Shown one piece after another: positions 16,183-19,364 of a DNA stretch of 19,364 nucleotides. Made by a program: the position numbers and the translations under genes. The DNA comes from Thermoproteota archaeon (GTDB lineage Archaea; Korarchaeota; Korarchaeia; Korarchaeales; Korarchaeaceae), in contig JAVCBY010000090.1 in NCBI GenBank assembly GCA_037917625.1, positions 1 to 19,364 of the forward strand, read 5' to 3'. Under the pieces are notes generated by a model. That model had not been told where the DNA came from and did not search any database. It worked only from the letters and a program-made list of their open reading frames with translations. Within the stretch, counting starts at the first letter, position 1. Every line of letters starts with the position of its first letter.

Positions 16183-17220
16183 TCAGAAGAAGCCCTCTAG
16201 ACTCCCACTAAGGCTATACTCCTCACCCAATATTGTTCTAAGCATCCTCTTCAGGGTCTCACTCTTAACATCGATTTCGGGCTCCTCAGATATGCTCTTC
16301 CTCTTAGAGAGCCAATCATTTAATATCCTCTTCGAGTATTCCACCATCACATCCCTCCACCCAGCAGCATCCTCCAAATCCAATTCACGCTCTAAGGGAG
16401 CCCTTCCGAGCTCATTGTAGTACTCCTTACTTATGCCCTCCCCAGAGGAGCTCCTCTCGAAGGAGTAAAAGATCCAACCTAGGGAGATAAATTGTGAGAT
16501 CTCGGCATCCTCCCCCGAGAGGGAGAATTCATCCTGCCTGAAGCACACGAACTCATCTGCCCTGACGAGCTGATATATCTCATCGTAGAGAGGTTGAGCT
16601 TCCTCTTCCATCATTCTCACTGCTTCTAAGCTGAGGGAAAATCTCTTTCTGAATTCCTCGACAGACCAGCTTCCCAGGAGGATGCTTATCCTTCCGAATG
16701 CGTTGACGTTTCTATCCTTCAGGTATTCTGAAATTGATTCGAGAGCTAGCTTGATCTCCTCCTCCGATTTCTCACCTATAACTGAGGATCCTGGAAGATA
16801 ATTCAAGATTTCAGTCAGATCTTTGAAATTAGATACTTCAATATCCCTAATCCTAGCTAAAACTCTCTTGATTATCGCGGTAGATGAGAGGGGGTCCAGT
16901 AAGAGGGAGGGGTTTTGAGAGAAAGCTGAAGCGGCTGTTCCCCCAGCTATCCTCCCAAGCGTCCATAAGGAGTCTAAGACCCTCCATTCTCCCCCATCCT
17001 CTATCAAAATCATTGGGTTCAATCTACCGGATCTATTACTGCTCGGAGACGCCCTGTACTCCATCGAGAACCCGCATTTCACCTTCTTATTATCCACATT
17101 TAGATCCCTCAATAGTAAGAGCGAGAACCCCCCTCTGAGATCCAGCATCCATGGGGAATCCTCCCTTACGGCCTTTATGAGGTAATCAGCATAATGGTCC
17201 CTCTCAGATTTATATGTCAT
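16183..17220 (-). CDS. Hypothetical protein, 345 aa
   Basis: Long ORF, host-like codon usage, SD GGAGGTG at 17232-17238; no family recognised. Confidence 0.85.
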   Translation of the reverse strand: MTYKSERDHYADYLIKAVREDSPWMLDLRGGFSLLLLRDLNVDNKKVKCGFSMEYRASPSSNRSGRLNPMILIEDGGEWRVLDSLWTLGRIAGGTAASAFSQNPSLLLDPLSSTAIIKRVLARIRDIEVSNFKDLTEILNYLPGSSVIGEKSEEEIKLALESISEYLKDRNVNAFGRISILLGSWSVEEFRKRFSLSLEAVRMMEEEAQPLYDEIYQLVRADEFVCFRQDEFSLSGEDAEISQFISLGWIFYSFERSSSGEGISKEYYNELGRAPLERELDLEDAAGWRDVMVEYSKRILNDWLSKRKSISEEPEIDVKSETLKRMLRTILGEEYSLSGSLEGFF

Positions 17221-17489
17221 TTAACTCGAGGCACCTCCCCCCTGATATTGCAGTCAGAAGTATATAATCTCACCCGTTCATCCCCACCTCCAGTCATCAC
17301 GAGGCCCCTGTTCATCCTCAACATCTCCTTGAATATAGGCTCTAATGATGATATTGCCTCACTCCGATCATTTAAGTACGCGAACTCACCAGTAATAAAT
17401 CTAGTACTAGCAGTCCAGAGGAGCCTCAGAATATCTAATTGATGGAATCATTCATGACTGAAAGGCAAGCTATATGAGGATGGGAACAT
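17217..17489 (-). pseudogene. Interrupted small ORF translationally coupled to the 345-aa gene
   Basis: Manual translation MFPSSYSLPFSHE*FHQLDILRLLWTASTRFITGEFAYLNDRSEAISSLEPIFKEMLRMNRGLVMTGGGDERVRLYTSDCNIRGEVPRVK*; in-frame TGA at 17448-17450; final TGA overlaps the next ATG (ATGA). Confidence 0.5.
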
Positions 17490-17764
17490 ACCTCAGTGTA
17501 AATTCTAATAGTCGCGTAGATCCCTTAGATCGGCCCTTTATTAATTTCGCTTTGAACTTAATTTAGCTGACTGTCAGGTAGAATCAGTGCACATAATTTT
17601 GGAGCTTTCTTAAGCGAGTCAGGTATCATGAGTGAGTCAGCTGGAGAGCCTCGATGAGGAAAAGATTAATTAGGCTTCAACCTCCATCTCAAGGGGGATG
17701 AGATAGCCATCCCAGACTGATGGGGACGTATGATTCACCCAGGGGTAATCGACCCCCAATCTGA

Positions 17765-18985
17765 TTAAAGCCCCTTTATAACATCTATCAAGTCGTCAGT
17801 CATCTTATCCGCTTGCTCCATCGTCACGATGAGGGGAGGCTCTATCCTCACTACGTTCCCGAAGATCCCTCCAGTCCCCATTATGTACCCTCTCTTGAAC
17901 ATCTCATTTCCTATCCTCTTAGTCGCCTCTGGATCTGGCTTCTTCCCTTCCTTCACGATCTCAACGCCTATGAAGAGACCCCTCCCCCTAACCTCACCTA
18001 CAGGCTTAAGGGCTGCATCCCTGAGCTTACCCATTATGAAGTTACCGACCTTAAGGGCGTTCTCATGCAATCTCTCCTCTAATAATACCTCTATGCCAGC
18101 TAGAGCAGCTGCGCAAGCGACAGGATTGCCGGAGAATGTCACGTTGTGGTCTTCGGGCTCCCAAGCTTTATCAATTTCTTCAGTCGTCATTATACCGGCT
18201 AGAGGAAGACCCGCGCCTAAAGCCTTAGCCATAGTCATTATATCAGCTCTCACATCCTCCCATTCATGACCAAATATCTTGCCCGTCCTTCCGAATCCGC
18301 TCTGAACTTCATCGACGATGAGCAATACATCATTTTCCCTGCATATCCTCTCTAGCTCCTTCAACCAACCGTCTGGAGGAACTATTATGCCTCCCTCCCC
18401 TATCACTGGCTCTATTATGACGGCCGCTGTGTTCTCAGGCCCCAAGCGGTACTTTATGTACTCATCAACTTTCTCGAGTGTATACTGCTTACAAGTCTCA
18501 ACGTCCCCTGGGAACCTGTAGCAATAAGGAGTGGGAAGGTGGACTATTCCAGGGTAGCTGGCGAAGTGGCCCATCAACTTCTTATACTTATGTGACGCGG
18601 TGAGCGTGAGCGTGAGACCTCCTCTCCCATGAAATGCGCAATCGAATGCTACTACATAAGAGCCAGTGCCCCCCTTGACCTTCACGGAGTATTTCTTCGC
18701 TAGCTTAATCGCGCTCTCTACAGCCTCAGTCCCACTATTAGCGTAGTATGTTTTTCTCAAATCTCCCGGCGCGATTTCAGCTAATTTCTTAGCTAGTAAG
18801 ATAGCTGGAACATTATAGTAGAGCATTGAAACATGAGAGAGCTTCTCTATCTGCTCCTGAACAGCCTTAACTATCTTTGGATGAGAATGACCATAATTAA
18901 TCACTCCTATACCTGCAAGGAAGTCTAGATATTTCCTTCTCTCGACATCCCAAATTTCAATGCCTTTAGCTCTTTCAAAAATCAC
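17765..18985 (-). CDS. Class-III PLP aminotransferase (4-aminobutyrate/ornithine/putrescine aminotransferase-like); N-terminus uncertain
   Basis: YLDFLAGIGV.NYGHSHP, NSGTEAVE, AFHGR, EPVIGEGG, DEVQSGFGRTG, MAKALGAG (PLP lysine), TFSGNP, VRGRGL, RIEPPL. The frame extends upstream to ATA 19036, then TGA 19037-19039. Confidence 0.93.
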   Translation of the reverse strand: MIFERAKGIEIWDVERRKYLDFLAGIGVINYGHSHPKIVKAVQEQIEKLSHVSMLYYNVPAILLAKKLAEIAPGDLRKTYYANSGTEAVESAIKLAKKYSVKVKGGTGSYVVAFDCAFHGRGGLTLTLTASHKYKKLMGHFASYPGIVHLPTPYCYRFPGDVETCKQYTLEKVDEYIKYRLGPENTAAVIIEPVIGEGGIIVPPDGWLKELERICRENDVLLIVDEVQSGFGRTGKIFGHEWEDVRADIMTMAKALGAGLPLAGIMTTEEIDKAWEPEDHNVTFSGNPVACAAALAGIEVLLEERLHENALKVGNFIMGKLRDAALKPVGEVRGRGLFIGVEIVKEGKKPDPEATKRIGNEMFKRGYIMGTGGIFGNVVRIEPPLIVTMEQADKMTDDLIDVIKGL

Positions 18986-19106
18986 AGGATATGTTATTGG
19001 ATAGGCGGATTGGATGAAACGCCTGGCTTCGTCTATTCACACTACCACCTTCTGCTCAAGGGGGATATTAAAATAAAAAGGATGATGTTCAAATAAACGC
19101 AGGGAT

Positions 19107-19364
19107 TCATCTCAATATTCCCAGATAAAGCCTTGAAAATTGGGGATGACTCAACAGCCCCTTGGCATCGCCCTCATACCTCCCCGCTCACGAGGAGGTG
19201 ACCCTTATCCCCTAACTCTAGGGCCTTCTTCGCGTTCTGCTCTACGAGCACTATAGTTTGCGAATGAATCCCTCAATTCGCCAGCTTGCTAGTACCTGAT
19301 TAACCACTAAAGGCGCTGAATCCGTAGTTATCTCATCTAGTAATAGGACCTTGGGTTTCCTCAT
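19107..19364 (-). pseudogene. livF: Branched-chain amino acid ABC transporter ATPase (LivF-like), frameshifted 3' remnant
   Basis: Segments in different frames: MRKPKVLLLDEITTDSAPLVVNQVL / ELRDSF / QTIVLVEQNAKKALELGDKGHLLVSG / RYEGDAKGLLSHPQFSRLYLGILR*. Walker B, VEQN and YLG are LivF hallmarks. Confidence 0.8.

Noticed and set aside
17345-17395. C/D box sRNA (ATGATGA, 12 nt, CCGA)
   Set aside because: No C' or terminal D box, and it lies antisense to the interrupted ORF.
15778-17764. Degenerate CRISPR array near cas6 (e.g. GAATCATTCATGACTGAAAG at 17445-17464)
   Set aside because: Only isolated repeat-like ends; no regularly spaced repeated units.
195-18521. Many 60-165 aa ORFs antisense to the long genes, plus 9624-9848 and 17194-17442
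   Set aside because: Ser/Leu/Pro-rich shadow frames of real genes, with no recognisable domains.
16012-19039. Selenocysteine recoding of the two in-frame UGAs via 3' SECIS elements
   Set aside because: No archaeal GAA/A SECIS motif found in the downstream structures, the UGA positions are not redox-Cys contexts, and the neighbouring livF frameshifts favour decay.

Overview
Compact archaeal chromosomal region. Codon usage (AGG/ATA-rich), GGAGGUG Shine-Dalgarno (SD) sites, BRE/TATA promoters and gene content suggest a thermophile, possibly Korarchaeota-like; this is an inference. The left 15.8 kb is mostly housekeeping: 5' end of a DHH-family gene, FAD synthase, MetRS, G1P dehydrogenase, ABCE1, IorAB, an ACD alpha-like protein, a PUA protein, tRNA-Asp(GUC), endonuclease IV, a PflX-like radical SAM protein, a P-loop kinase, a stand-alone Cas6 and a pyruvoyl AdoMetDC-family proenzyme. 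The right 3.5 kb looks accessory and decaying: an unknown 345-aa gene, a UGA-interrupted small ORF, a class-III aminotransferase with UGA in its likely N-terminus, and a frameshifted LivF-like remnant. The best novelty candidate is an unannotated ~136-nt, GC-rich, multi-junction RNA (12711-12846) with its own BRE/TATA. Its 3' tail can sequester the SD of the radical SAM gene in cis and is 18/19 complementary to the 5' UTR of the AdoMetDC-family gene 2.9 kb away, with the orphan cas6 between them. Other oddities: an ACD alpha lacking its phospho-histidine loop, an essential egsA with no canonical start codon for its conserved N-terminus, and a 34-bp perfect repeat between the two ABC signature motifs of ABCE1.
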